Below are positions 37,174 through 54,400 of a stretch of DNA of 64,000 bases, piece after piece. The stretch lies in assembly GCF_009914755.1 (NCBI RefSeq), contig NC_060925.1; one strand, given 5' to 3'. Position numbers and translations under genes: made by a program. The notes under the pieces were generated by a model. The model worked only from the letters and a program-made list of their open reading frames with translations. It had not been told where the DNA came from and ran no database searches. Each line of letters opens with the position of its first letter. Position 1 is the first letter of the stretch. Source of the stretch: the human T2T-CHM13v2.0 reference genome, Homo sapiens.

Positions 37174-40100
37174 CCACGTAGGCAAAGCCTAGACAAGTCT
37201 TACATCACCTAGGTTATCAGTACAGGTATAAGTCATAAAGCCTCCTGTATGCAGAGTGTAGACAAGAGTTTCCTCTCCAGGGTGATCAGTGCAGAGATGT
37301 GTCACAAAGCCCCCCTAGGCAGAGCCTAGGCAAGACTTTCATCACTTGGTTGATCAGTTCAGAGATTTGTCACAATGTCCATGTAGGCAGATCTAAGAAA
37401 ACATTCCATCACCTGGGTGATCAGTGCAGAGGTATGTACCAATGTCCCCTGTAGGCAGTGCCTAGACAAGACTTGCATCACCTCAGAGATCAGTGCATAG
37501 ATATGTCACAAAGCCTTCTGTAGGCAAAGTTCATAAAAGGCTTACATCACATAGGTTATCAGTGCGGTGATATGTCACAAAAATCCCCATAGACAGAGCC
37601 TAGAAAAGAGTTACATCACCTGGGTGGTCATTGCAGATATTTGACACAATGCCCCCATACACAGAGCCTAGAAAAGACTTCCGTCACCTGGGTGATCAGT
37701 GCAGAGATATGTCACAAATCCCCCTCTAGGCAGAGTATAGAGAACAGTCCCATCACCTGTGTGATCAGTGCAGAGATATTTCACAATGCCCCCTGTAGGC
37801 AGAGAGTGGACAAGAGTTACATAACCTGTGCAGAGATATGTCAAAACGCCCCTCTAGGCAGAGCCTAGATAAATGTTACATCACCTGGGTGATCAGTGCA
37901 GAGATACGTCACAATACCCCCTGTAGGTGGAGCCTAGACAAGAGTTACATCACCTGGGTGATGAGCGTAGAAATATGTCAAAACGCCCATGTAGGCCAAG
38001 ACGAGACAAGAGTTACATCTCCTGGGTGATCAGTGTCAAGATATGTCACAAAGCCCCCTGGAGGCAAATCCCAGAAAATTGTTACATCACCTCGGTGATC
38101 AGTGGAGATATCTGTCAAAATTCCCCTTTAGGCGCAGCTTAGACTAGTGTTACATCTCATGAGTGATCAGTGCAGAGATATGTCACTATGACCCCATAGG
38201 CAGATCCAAGACAAGAGTCCATCACCTGGGTGATCAGTGCAGATATATGCCACAATGCCGCCAGTAGGCAGATATAGAAAAGAGTAACATGACCTGCGTG
38301 ATCACTGCAGAGATATGTCCAAATGCCCGGGTAGGCATAGCCTAGATAAGTGTCCCATTACCTGGATGATCAGTGCAGAGTTATGTCACAATGCCCCCTT
38401 TTGGCAGAGCCTAGAAAAAGGTTACATCACATGGGAGATCAGTGCAGAGATGTGTCAGAAGCCCCCTGTAGCCAGAGCCTAGACAAGTGTTACATCAGCT
38501 GTGTGATCAGTGCAGTGACATGTCACAAAGTGCCTGTAGCCATATCCTTGACTAAGGTGACATCACCTGGGTGATCAGTGCAGAGATATGTCACAATGAC
38601 TCCAGTAGGCAGAGCCTAGACAAGAGTTACATCACCTGGTTGATCAGGTCACAGATATGTCACAATGCCCCCTGTAGGCGAAGCCTATACAAGAGTTACA
38701 TCATCTCGGTGATCAGTGCAGTGATATGTTAAAATGCCCCTGTAGGCAGAGCCTAGACAAGAGGTACATCACCTGGGTGATCAGTGCAGAGATATCTCAC
38801 AATACCCAATGTAAGCACAGCCTAGACAAGAGTTACATCACCTGGGTGATCAGTGCACAGATATGTCATAAATCCCACTGTAGGCAAAGCCTAGACAAGT
38901 TTTACATCACTTCAGCCATCATTGCAGAGATATGACCCAATGTCCCTCTAGGCAGAGCTTAGACAAAAGTCACATCTGCCAGGTGATCAGCGCTGTGATA
39001 AGTCACAATGCCCCCATAGGCAGAGCCTAGACAAGAGTTACACAACCCGGGTGATCCGTGCAGAGTGATGTCACAATGCCCTCTGTAGGGAGACACTAGA
39101 AAATAGTTACATCACCTGGGAGATCAGTGCAGAGATATGTCACAATGCCCCCTGTAGGCAAGCATAGAGTAGAGTTGACTCACCAGAGTTATCAATGCAG
39201 AGATATGTCACAATGTCCCCTGCAGGCAGAGCATAGAGAAGAGTTGCATCACCTGGGTGATCAGTGCAGAGATATGTCACAATGTCCCCTGTAGGCAAAG
39301 GCTTGGCAAGAGTTACATCACCTTTGTCATCAGTTCAGGGATATGTGAAAACGCCACTGTAGGCAGAGCATAGAAAATATTTACATCACCTTGTTGATCA
39401 GTGCAGAGATATTTCACAATACCCCCTGTAGGCAGATCCTACACAAGAGTTGAATCACCTGGGTGATCATTGCAGAGATATTTCACAATGCCCCCTTTTG
39501 GCAGAGGGTAGACAAGAGTTACATCACCTAGGTGATCAGTGCAGAGACTTGACAAAATTCCCTGTAGGCAGTGCTTATAAAAGGGTTACATCACCTAAGT
39601 GTTCAGTGCAGAGATATGTCACAAAGCTCCTGTAGGCAGAACTTAGATGAGTTACATCACCTGGGTGATCAGTGCAAAGGTATGTCACAAAGCACTCTGT
39701 AGGCACATCCTAGAGTAGAGTTATATCACCTGGGTATTCAGTGCAGAGATATGTCAAAAGCCCCCTATAGGCAGAGCCTAGACAAGAGTTATATCACCTG
39801 GGTGACCAGTGCAGCGATATATCCCAATGTCCTGTAGCCAGAGCCTAGATTAAAGTTACAGCACCTGGGAGATCAGTGTAGAGATATGTCACAATTTCCC
39901 CAGTAGGCAGAGACCAGGCAAGAGTTGGATCACCTCGGGATCAGTGCAGAGATATGTCTCAATCCCACTGTGGGCACAGCCTAGACAAGAGTAACATCAC
40001 CTCGGTTAACAGTGCAGAGATATTTGACAGGGCCCCTTTAAGCAGAGCCTATACATTAGTTACATCACCTGAGTGATCAGTGCAGAGATCTGTCACAATG

Positions 40101-40776
40101 CCCCTTTAGGCAGATCTTATACTAGTGTTATATCACCTGTGTGATCAGTGCAGAGATATGTCACAATGCCCCCATAGGCAAATCCAAGACAACAGTCCGT
40201 CACCTGGGTGATCAGTGCAGAAATATGTGACAATGCCCCAAGTAGGTAGAGCCTAGAAAAGAGTCCCATCACCTGGGTGATCAGTGCAGAAATATTTCAC
40301 AATGCCCCTGCAGGCAGAGCGTAAGCAAGAGTTACATCACCTAGTCGATCAGTGCAGAGATATGTCACAAGGCCCCCTATAGGCAGACCCTGGAAAACAG
40401 TTACATCACCTCGGTGATCAATGCATTGATATGTCACTATGCCCTGTAGGCAAAGCCTAGTCAAGCGTTACACCACCTGGATAATCAGTGCAGAGATATG
40501 TCACAAAGCCCCCGTACACAGAGCCTAGACAAGAATCCCATCACCTGGGTGATCAGTGCAGACATATGTCACAGTGCCCCCACAGGGAGATCCAACACAA
40601 GAGTTACATCACCTGGGTGATCCGTGTAGAGATATGTCACAATGCTCCCGTAGGCAAAGCCTAGACAGAAGTCCCATCACCTGGGTGATCAGTCCAGTGA
40701 TATGTCACAAAGCCCCTGTAGGCAGAGCCTAGAGAAGAGTTACATAACTTTGTTGATGAGTTCAGAGATATGTCAT
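37174..40776 (+). repeat. Beta-satellite array
   Basis: 68-bp monomers. Confidence 0.96.
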
Positions 40777-41400
40777 GGTGACTGTTTGCTCCAGGAGCTC
40801 TTCGGTCACCTGGAAACATGCAGGGAAGGGTGGAAGACCGGCATGGTGCCTTCGCTCTCCTTGCTAGTTTCCAAACCGGCCACACTGCAGACTCCCCAAG
40901 TTGCCGCACACGGGAATCCATGGTCAAGCCATCACCCCTGGGAGGCATCTTCTCTCTGGGGTCTTGCTCTGTTCTCCTAAGTGGAAATGAACGGGAGCCA
41001 CACGCCTGGGTGTGTGAGACTGTCCCAGCAATGGCGACACCCACAGGCACTGCCTCCTTCACGGAAAGAGGGCCTGGAACACTCAAGACTCCCACGGAGG
41101 TTCAGTTCCACATTCCCCTCCACCCTCCCAGGCCGGTTTCTTCCTGCTGAAGTCACGTGGGAGGCCAGAGAGTGGCTTCCACTTCCCGCGGGATTCCTGG
41201 AGAGGTCCGGAGAGCCAACCCCCAAAACGCGCCCCCCTTACCACTTCCCCCTCGCCACCTTCCTCTTCGTCTCTCCGGCACAACCACCGCCATCACCACG
41301 CCCTATGCCCCAACCACACAACCACTCTGCCACTGGCCTCAACGCCCTGGGATCCTTCCGTGGTGGGGCGGGCTGTCCCAGGGCTCCCCGCCATTCATGA

Positions 41401-42836
<1,436 letters not shown>

Positions 42837-43545
42837 GACGCAGGGTTTGGACGGGGTCGGGTCGGGGCAGGGCGGTTGCTTCTCTTTCACGGGGAACACC
42901 TGGGTGGCTATGGAGGGGCGTGTCATCCCCCCGCCCCCTCCACCGGGCTTACCGGCCTGGGATTCCTGCCTTCTTGGTCTAGGCCCGGTGAGAGACTCCA
43001 CACAGTGGAGAAGCGGAGAACTGCCATTCTTTCCTGGGCATCCAGGGGATCCCGGAGCCGGCCCAGGTACCAACAGGTGGGTCGCGTACTGCGCACCCGC
43101 GGGATTGCGGGCAGCTGCCTGGGTTGTGGGAGCAGCCAGGGCAGAGCTCTGCTGCCTTTCCTCCACCCCACCCCCGCCTGAGCACACCATCCCCACTGAC
43201 ACCCCACCCCCGGAAAATGTGTCCTCCCCTGGGCTGGGTGGAGACCCCCGTCCCGCGAAACACCGGCCCCGCGCAGCGTGGAGGCCTGACACCCCTCCGC
43301 GGCTCGCCTCTTCTGCACCTCCACGCCACCGTCGCCGGCCCACCCGAGCCCCTGCAACCTTCCAGCTGCCACCATGGAGCACCTGGCGGCGGAACACAGA
43401 CCTCTAGCTCTATTTGCCGGCCCCCTGGCTAGACCTGCACTCATTGTGCACCCCCGCTGATGTACAAGGGAGCCCGCTGGCCGCTTTGTGCCCTTGTCCG
43501 TCCATGAAATTCCGGCTGAGGCTCTCCCAACACCTTCTGATGCTC

Positions 43546-45646
43546 TTTAGTCAAAGCCTGGAGAATAGTTACATCTTCTGCATCATCAGTTCAGAAATAT
43601 ATCACAATGCCCCCTCCCTGCGGAGTCTAGAGAAGATTTGCATTGTTTGGCTGATCAGTGCAGAGATATATCACAATGTACCCTGTACAAAAAGCATGGA
43701 AATGATTTACGTCACCTCGGTGATCAGGGCATAGGTATTCAGAAATCCCCAGTAGGCTGAACCTAGACAAGGGTTACATCACTTAGGTGATCAGTGTAGA
43801 GATATGTGAAAATTCCCGTGTAGACAGAGCACAGACAGGTGTTACATCACCTAGTGATCAGTGCGGGGATAAGTCGTAAAGCCTCCTGTAGGCAGAGGGT
43901 AGAAAAGTGTTTCCTCCCTGGGGTGTTCAGTGCAGAGATATGTCACAAAGCCCCTGTAAACAGAAGCTTGACAAGGGTTACATCACCTGTTTGATCAGTG
44001 GAAATGTATATCACAAAGACCCCTGTAGGCAAAGTCCAGACAATTGTTACATCACCTGGGTGAGCAGTGGAGAGATCTGTCACAATGCCCCTGTAGGCAG
44101 AGATTAGACAAGGGTTATATCACCTGGGTGATCAGTGCAGAGATATGTCAAAACGCTCCTGTAGGCTGAACCTAGAGAGGAGTTACATCACCCGGGTGAT
44201 CCGTGCAGAGATATGTGAGAATTCCCGTGTAGGCAGAGCCTAGACAAGTGTTTCATCACCTAGGTTATCAGTGGAGGTATAAGTCATAAAGCCTCCTGTA
44301 GGCAGAGTGTAGACAAGAGTTCCCTCCCCAGGGTGATCAGTGCAGAGATGTGTCACAAAGCCCCTATAGGCAGAGCCTAGACAAGAGTTTCATCACTTGG
44401 TTGATCAGATCAGAGATGTGTCACACTTCCCCTGTAGGCAGAGCTTATACAACAGTTACATCACCTGGGTGATCAGTGCAGAGATATGTCACTATGCCAC
44501 CATAGGCAGAGCCTAGACAATAGTCCCATCATCTGGGTGATCAGTGCAGAGATATTTCACAATGACCCTGCAGGCAGAGCGTAAGCAAGAGTTACATCAC
44601 CTAGAGATCAGTGCAGAGATATGTCACAAGGCCCCCTATAGGCAGAGCCTGGACAAGAGTTACAACACCTCGGTGATCAATGCAGGGATATGTCTATATG
44701 TCCCATAGGCAGAGCTTAGTCAAGCGTTACATCACCTGGGTGATCAGTGAAGATATATGTCACAATGCCCCCATAGGCAGATCCAACACAAGGGTTACGT
44801 CACCTGGGTGATCAGTGTAGAGATATGTCAAAATGCCCCCTTAGGCAGAGCCTAGACAAAAGTCCCATCACCTGGGTGATCAGTGCAGAGATATGTCACA
44901 AAGCCCCCATACACAGAGCATAGGCAAGAATCCCATCACCTGGGTTAACATTGCAGAAATATTTCACAATGCCCCCATAGGCAGATCCAACACAAGAGTT
45001 ACATCACCTGGGTGATCAGTGCAGAGATATGTCACAATGCCCCCATAGGTAAATCCAAGACAAGGGTCTGTCACCTGAGTGATCAGTGCAGAAATATGTG
45101 ACAATGCCCCCAGTAGGCAGAGTCTAGAGAAGAGTCCCATCACCTGGGTGATCAGTGCAGAGATATTTCACAATGCCTCTGCAGGCAGAGCGTAAGCAAG
45201 AGTTACATCACTTAGATGATCAGTTCAGAGATATGTCACAAGGCCCCCTATAGGCAGAGCCTGGACAAGAGTTACATCACCTCGGTGATCAATGCAGTGA
45301 TATGTCACTATGTCCCTTAGGCAGAGCCTAGTCAAGCGTTACATCACCTGGGTGATCAGTGCAGAGATATGTCACAAAGCCCCCATACGCAGAGCCTAGA
45401 CAAGAGTCCCATCACCTGGGTGATCAGTGCAGAGATATGTCACAAAGCCCACTTAGGCAGATCCAACAAAGAGTTACATCACCTGGGTGATCAGTGTAGA
45501 GATATGTCACAGTGCCCCCATAGGCGGAGCCTAGACAAAAGTCCCATCACCTGTGTGATCAGTGCAGAGATATGTCACAAAGCCCCTATAGGCAGAGCCT
45601 AGACAAGTGTTACATCACTTTGTTGATCAGTTCAGAGATGTGTCAT
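43546..45646 (+). repeat. Beta-satellite array
   Basis: 68-bp monomers. Confidence 0.96.
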
Positions 45647-46268
45647 GCTGACTGTTTGCTCCCGGAGCTCTGAGGGCACGTGGAAACATGCAGGGAAGGG
45701 TAGAAGTCCGGCATGGTGCCTTCACTCTCCTTGCTAGTTTCCAAACCGGCCACAATGCAGACTCCCCATGTGTCCGCACACGGGAATCCATCATCAGGCC
45801 ATCACGCAGGGGAGGCATCTTCTCTCTGGGGTCTCACTCTGGTCTCCTACGTGGAAATGAACGAGTCACACGCCTGCATGTGTGAGACTGTCCTGGCAAC
45901 GGCGACACCCACAGGCACTGACTACTTCACGGAGACAGGGCATGGAACACTCAAGACTACCACGGATGTTCTGTTCCACAATCACCTCCACCCTCCCCGG
46001 CCGGTTTCTCCCTGCTGAATACACGTGGGAGCCCACAGAGCAGCTTCCAGTTCCCGTGGGATTTCTGGAGTGGTCCGGAAAGCCAGCCCCCGAAACACGT
46101 GCCCCTCACCCCTTCCCCCTCGCCCCCTTCCTCTTCGTCTCTCTGGCCACACCAGCAACGTCACCACTCCCACCTCCCCCACCACACCACCCCTTGGCTG
46201 CAGACCTCGACTCCCTGGGACCCTGCCGGGGTTAGGCGGGCTGTCCCAGGTCTCACCGCCATTCATGA

Positions 46269-47715
<1,447 letters not shown>

Positions 47716-48418
47716 GTCTCGGGGTTGGGACGGGGTCGTGTCGGGGCAGGGCGGTGGCCTCTCTTTCGCGGGGAACACCTGGCTGGATATGGAGGGGCAG
47801 GTCTTCCCCCCACCCCCACCACCGGGCTGACCGGCCTGGGATTCCTGCCTTCTAGGTCTAGGACCCGTGAGAGATTCCACACAGTGGAAAATTGACATTC
47901 TTTCCTGGGCATCCCAGGGATCTAAGAGCCGGCCCAGATACAAACAGGTGGGCTGCCTCTGCACACGCGCGGGTTTGTGGGCAGCCAACTAGGCTGTGAG
48001 AGCAGCCCAGGCAGAGCTCTCATGTCTTTCCACCACCCCACCACCGCCTGACAACCCCCACCCCACCCCCAACCCCAATCCCGGAAAATGCGTCCTCCCC
48101 TGGGCTTGGTGGAGACCCCGGTCTCGCGAAACACCAGGTCTGCACAGCGTCCAGGCCTGACACCCGTCTGGCAGCTCGCCTCCTCTGCACCTCCGTGACA
48201 CCGTCGCCCGCCCGCCGGTGCCACTGCAGCCTCCCAGCTGCCACCATGGAGTGCCTGGCGGCGGAACGCAGACCTCTAGCTCACTTTGCCTACCTCCTGG
48301 CTAGACCTGCGCTCATTGTGCACCCTGGCTAACATGCAAGGGAGCCCGCTGGCCTCTCTGTGCCCTTGTCCGTCCATGAAATTCCGGCTGAGGCTCTCCC
48401 AACTCCTTCCAATGCTCT

Positions 48419-51400
48419 TTTTTCAAAGCCTGGGGAATAGTTATATCTCCTGGATGATCGGTTCAGAAATATGTCACAATGCCCCCTACTTGCGGAGCCT
48501 AGAGAAGATTTGCATCATTTGGGTGATCAGTGCAGAGATATATCGAAATGTCCCCTGTACAAAAAGCCTGGAAATGATTTACATCGCTTCGGTGATCACT
48601 GCATAGGTGTGTGAGAAATCCCCAGTAGGCTGAACCAAGACAAGGGTTACAACACTTAGGTGATCAGTGTAGAGATATGTGAAAATTCTCGTGTAGACCG
48701 AGCCTAGAAAAGTGTTACATCACCTAGTGATCAGTGCAGGGATAAGTCATAAAGCCTCCTGTAGGCAGAGTGTAGTCAAGTGTTTCCTCAGTGCGGTGAT
48801 TAGTGCAGAGATATGTCACAAAGCCCCTGTAAGCACAACCTTGACAAGGGTTACATCACCTGTTTGATCAGTGGAAATGTATATCACAAAGCTCCCTGTA
48901 GGCAAAGCCCAGACAATTGTTACATCACCTGGGTGAGCAGTGGAGAGAACTGTCACAATGCCCCTGTAGGCAGAGCTTTGAAAAGGGTTACATCACCTGG
49001 GTGATCAGTGCAGAGATATGTCAAAAAGCTCCTGTAGGCTGAACCTAGACAGGAGTTACATCACCCGGGTGATCAGTGCAGAGATATGCGAGAATTCCCG
49101 TGTAGGCAGAGCCTAGACAAGTGTTACATCACCTAGGTTATCAATGCAGGTATAAATCATAAAGATTCCTGTAGGCAGAGCGTAGACAAGAGGTCCCTCC
49201 CCATGGTGATCAGTGCAGAGATGTGTCACAAAGCCTCTGTAGACAGAGACTAGACAAGAGTATTTTCACTTGGTTGATCAGTTGAGAGATGTGACACAAT
49301 GTCCATGTAGGCAGATCTAAGACAAGAGTCCATCACCTGGGTGATCAGTGCAGAGATATGTACCAATGTCCCCTGTAGGCAGTATCTACACAAGAGTTGC
49401 ATCACCTCAGAGATCAGTGCATAGATATGTCACAAAGCCTTCTGTAGGTAAAGCCCATACAAGGCTTACAGCACCTAGGTGATCAGTTCAGTGATATGTC
49501 ACAAAAATCCCTGTAGACAGAGCCTAGACAAGAGATACATCACCTGGGTGATCAGTGCAGATATTTGACACAATGTCCCCATAGACAGAGCCTAGACAAG
49601 ACTTCCATCACCTGGGTGATCAGGGCAGAGATATGTCACAAATCCCCCTCTAGGCAGAGTATAGAGATGAGTCCCATCACCTGGGTGATCAGTGCAGAGA
49701 TATTTCACAATGCCCCCATTAGGCAGTGAGTGGACAAGAGTTACATAACCTAAGTGATCTGTGCAGAGCTATGTCAAAACGACCCTGTAGGCAGAGCCTG
49801 ATAAATGTTACATCACCTGGGTGATCAGTGCAGAGATACGTCACAATACCCCCAGTAGGTGGAGCCTTGACAAGAGTTACATCACCTGGGCGATCAATAC
49901 AGAGATATATCACAAAGCCCCTGTAGGCAGAACCTAAACAAGAGTTATATCACCTGGGTGATCAGTGCAGAAATATGTCACAAAGCCCCTGTAGGCAGAG
50001 CCTAGACAAGAGTTACATCTCCTGGGTGACCAGTGCAAAGATATGTCACAATTCCCCCTGTAGGCAGAGCATAGAGAAGAGTTGCATCACCTGGGTGATC
50101 AGTGCAGAGATATGTCACAATGTCCCCTGTAGGCAGAGAATAGAGGAGAGTTGCATCACCTGGGTGATCAGTGCAGAGATATGTCACAATGTCCCCTGTA
50201 GACAAAGCCTAGGCAAGAGTTACATCACCTTTGTCATCAGTTCAGGGATATGTGAAAACCCCCCTGTTGGCAGAGCCTAGACAACAGTTACATATCCTAG
50301 TTGATCAGTGCAGAGATATTTCACAATACCCCCTGTAGGCAGATCCTACACAAGAGTTGAATCACCTGGGTGATCAGTGCAGAGATATTTCACAATGCCC
50401 CCTTTGGGCAGAGGGTAGACAAGAGTTACATCACCTAGGTGATCAGTGCAGATTTGTCAAAATTCCCTGTAGGCAGTGCTTATAATAGTGTTACATCACC
50501 TAAGTGATCAGTGCAGAAATATGTTCCAAAACTCATGTAGGCAGAACTTAGATGAGTTACATCACCTGGGTGATCAGTGCAAATGCATGCCACAAAGCCC
50601 CCTGTAGGCAAAGCCTACAAAATAGTTACTTAACTTGGGTGATCAGTGGCGAGATCTCTCACAGTACGCCTGTAGGCAGAGCTTATACAATATTTACATC
50701 ACCTGGGTGATCAGTGCAGAGATATATCACAATGCCACCTTAGGCATATCCAAGAGAAGAGTCCGTCACCTGGGTGATCAGTGCAGAAATATGTCAAAAT
50801 GCCACCTTAGGCAGAGCCTAGACAAAAACCCCATCACCTGGATGATCAGTGCAGATTTATGTCACAAAGTCCCTTTTGGCAGATCCTAGACAAGAGTTAC
50901 ATCACTTGGATGATCAGTGCAGAGATATGTCACAATGCCACTGTAGGCAGAGCGTAGACAAGAGTTACATGACCTAGTTGATCAGTGCAGAGATACATCG
51001 CAATGTCCCTTTAGTCAGAGCCTTGACAAGCGGTATATCACCTGGGTGATCATTGCAAGGATATGTCCCAATGCACCCTGTAGGCAGATCCTAGAGAAGG
51101 GTTATATCACCTGGGTGATCAGTGCAGAGATATGTCACAAGCCTCCTGTAGGCAGAGCCTAGACAAGAGTTATATCACCTGGGTGATCAGTGCAGAAATA
51201 TGACACAAAGCCCCTGTAGGCCGAGCCTAGACAAAAGTTACATCTCCTGGGTGATCAGTGCAAAGATATGTCACAAAGCCCCCTGGAGAGAAATCCCAGA
51301 AAATTGTTACATCACCTGGGTGATCACTGGAGATATCTGTCACAATTCCCATTTAGGCGCAGCTTACACAAGTGTTATACCACATGAGTGATCAGTGCAG

Positions 51401-54400
51401 AGATATGTCACTATGGCCCATAGGCAGATCCAAGACAAGAGTCCATCACCTGGGTGATCAGTGCAGAAATATGTCACAATGCCGCCAGTAGGCAGATATA
51501 AACAAGAGTTACATAACCTGCGTGATCACTGCAGAGATATGTCACAATGCCCATGTAGGCAGAGCCTAGACAAGAGTCCCATCACCTGGGGGATCAGTGC
51601 AGAGTTATGTCACAATGCCACTTTTTGGCAGAGCCTAGACAAGGGTTACATCACATGGGTGATCAGTGCAGAGATGTGTCACAAACCCCATGTAGCCAGA
51701 GTCTAGACAAGAATAACATCAGCTGTGAGATCAGTGCAGTGACATGTCACAATGTCCGTGTAGCCATATCCTTGAGAAAAGTGATATCACCTGGGTGATA
51801 AGTGCGAAGATATGTCACAATGTCTCCAGTAGGCAGAGCCTAGACAAGAGTTACATCACCTGGTTTATCAGGGCAGAGATATGTCACAATGCCCCCTGGA
51901 AGCAGATCCCAGAAAAGAGTCGCATCACCTCGGTGATCAGTGCAGAGATATGTCTCAATGCCCCCTGTCGGTGAAGCCTATACAAGGGTTACATCATCTC
52001 GGTGATCAGTGCAGTGATATGTTAAAATGCCCCTGCAGGCAGAGCCTAGACAAGAGTTACATCACCTGGGTGATCAGTGCTGAGATATCTCACAATACCC
52101 CGTGTAAGCAGAGCCAAGACAAGAGTTACATCACCTGGGTGATCAGTGCAGAGATATGTCATAAATGTCACTGTAGGCAAAGCCTAGACAAGTTTTACAT
52201 CACCTCATCGGTCAGTGCAGAGATATGTCCCAATGTCCCTCCAGGCACAGCTTAGAAAAGAGTCACATCTCCTGGGTGACGAGTGCAGAGGTAAGTCACA
52301 ATGCCCCCATGGGCAGAGCCTAGACAAGAGTTACATAAGCCAGGTGATCCGTGCAGAGTGATATCAAAACGCCCTCTGTAGGCAGAGACTAGAAAAGAGT
52401 TACATCACCTGGGTGATCAGTGCAGAGATATGTCAGAATGCCCCCTGTAGGCAGAGCATAGAGAAGAGTTGCATCACCTGGGTGATCAGTGCAGAGATAT
52501 GTCACAATGTCCCCTGTTGGCAAAGCCTAGGCAAGAGTTACATCACCTTTGTCATCAGGTCAGGGATATGTGAAAAGGCCCCTGTAGGCAGCACCTAGAT
52601 AAGGGTTACATCACCTAGTTGATCAGTGCAGACATATTTCACAATACCCCCTGTAGGCAGATCCTAGAAAACAGTTGAATCACCTGGGTGATCAGTGCAG
52701 AGGTATTTCACAATGCCCCCTTTGGGCGAGAGGGTAGACAAGATTTACATGACCTAGGTGATCCGTGCAGGGATTTGTCAAAATTCCCTGTAGGCAGAGC
52801 TTATAAAAGTGTTACATCACCTAAGTGATCAGTGCAGAGATATGTCACAAAGCTCCTGTAGGCAGAACTTAGATGAGTTACATCTCCTGGGTGATCAGTG
52901 CAAAGGTATGTCACAAAACCCCCTGTAGGCAAAGCCTAGACAATAGTTACATCACTTGGGTGATCAGTGGCGAGATCTTTCACAATTCCCCTGTAGGCAG
53001 AGCTTATACAACAGTTACATCCCCTGGGTGATCAGTGCAGAAATATGTCACACTGCCCCCTTTGGCAGAGCCTAGACAAAAGCCCCATCACCTGGATGAT
53101 CAGTGCAGAGTTATGTCACAAAGTCACTTTAGGCAGATCCTAGACAAGGGTTACATCACTTGGATGATCATTGTAGAGATATGTCACAATGCCCCTGTAG
53201 GCAGAGCCTTGACAAGTGGTACATCACCTGGGTGATCATTGCAGGGTTATGTCACTAAGCACCCTGTAGGCAGATCCTAGAAAAGAGTTACATCACCTGG
53301 ATGATCAGTGCAGAGATATGTCACAATGCCACTGTAGGCAGAGCCTAACCAAGAGTTATATCACCTGGGTGATCAGTGCAGTGATATGTCACAATGCCCT
53401 GTAGGCAGAGCCTAGACTAATGTTACAACACCTGAGAGATCAGTGCAGAGATATGTCACAATGTCCCCAGTAGGCAGATACCAGGCAAGAGTTGGATCAC
53501 CTAGGAATCAGTGCAGAGATATGCCTCAATCCCCCTGTGGGCACAGCCTAGAGAAGGGTTACATCACCTCGGTTAACAGTGCAGAGATATGTCAAAATGT
53601 CCCTGTAGGCAGAGCCTACACAAGTGTTACATCACTTAGGTGATCAGTGCAGAGATATGTCACAATACATCCTGTAAGCAGAGCCTAGACAAGAGTTACA
53701 TCACCTGGGTGATCAGTGCAGAGATATGTGACAAGGCCCCTTTAAGCATAGCCTAGACAATAGTTACATCACCTGAGTGATCAGTGCAGAGATTTTTCAC
53801 AATGCCCCTTTAGGCTGAGCTTCGACCAGTGTTACACCACCTGGTTTATCAGTGCAAAGATACGTCACAATGTCCTCTGTAGGCAGAGCAGAGAGAAGAG
53901 TTGCATCACCTGGGTGATCAGTGCAGAGATATGTCACAATGTCCCCTGTAGGCAAAGTCTAGGCAAGAGTTACATCACCTTTGTCATCACTTCAGGGATA
54001 TGTAAAAACACCTCTGTAGGCCGATCCTAGACAAGAGTTGAATCACCTGGGTGATCAGTGCAGAGATATTTCATAATGCCCCCTTTGGGCAGATGGTAGA
54101 CAAGAGTTACAACACCTAGGTGATCAGTGCAGAGATTTGTGAAAATTCCCTTTAGGCAGTGCTTACAAAAGTGTTACATCACCAAAGTGATCAGTGCAGA
54201 GATATTTCATAATGCCCCCTTTGGGCAGATGGTAGACAAGAGTTACATCACCTAGGTGATCAGTGCAGAGATTTGTGAAAATTCCCTTTAGGCAGTGCTT
54301 ACAAAAGTTTTACATCACCAAAGTGATCAGTGCAGAGATATGTCACAAAGCTCCTGTAGGCAGAACTTAGATGAGTTACATCACCTGCGTGATCAGTGCA

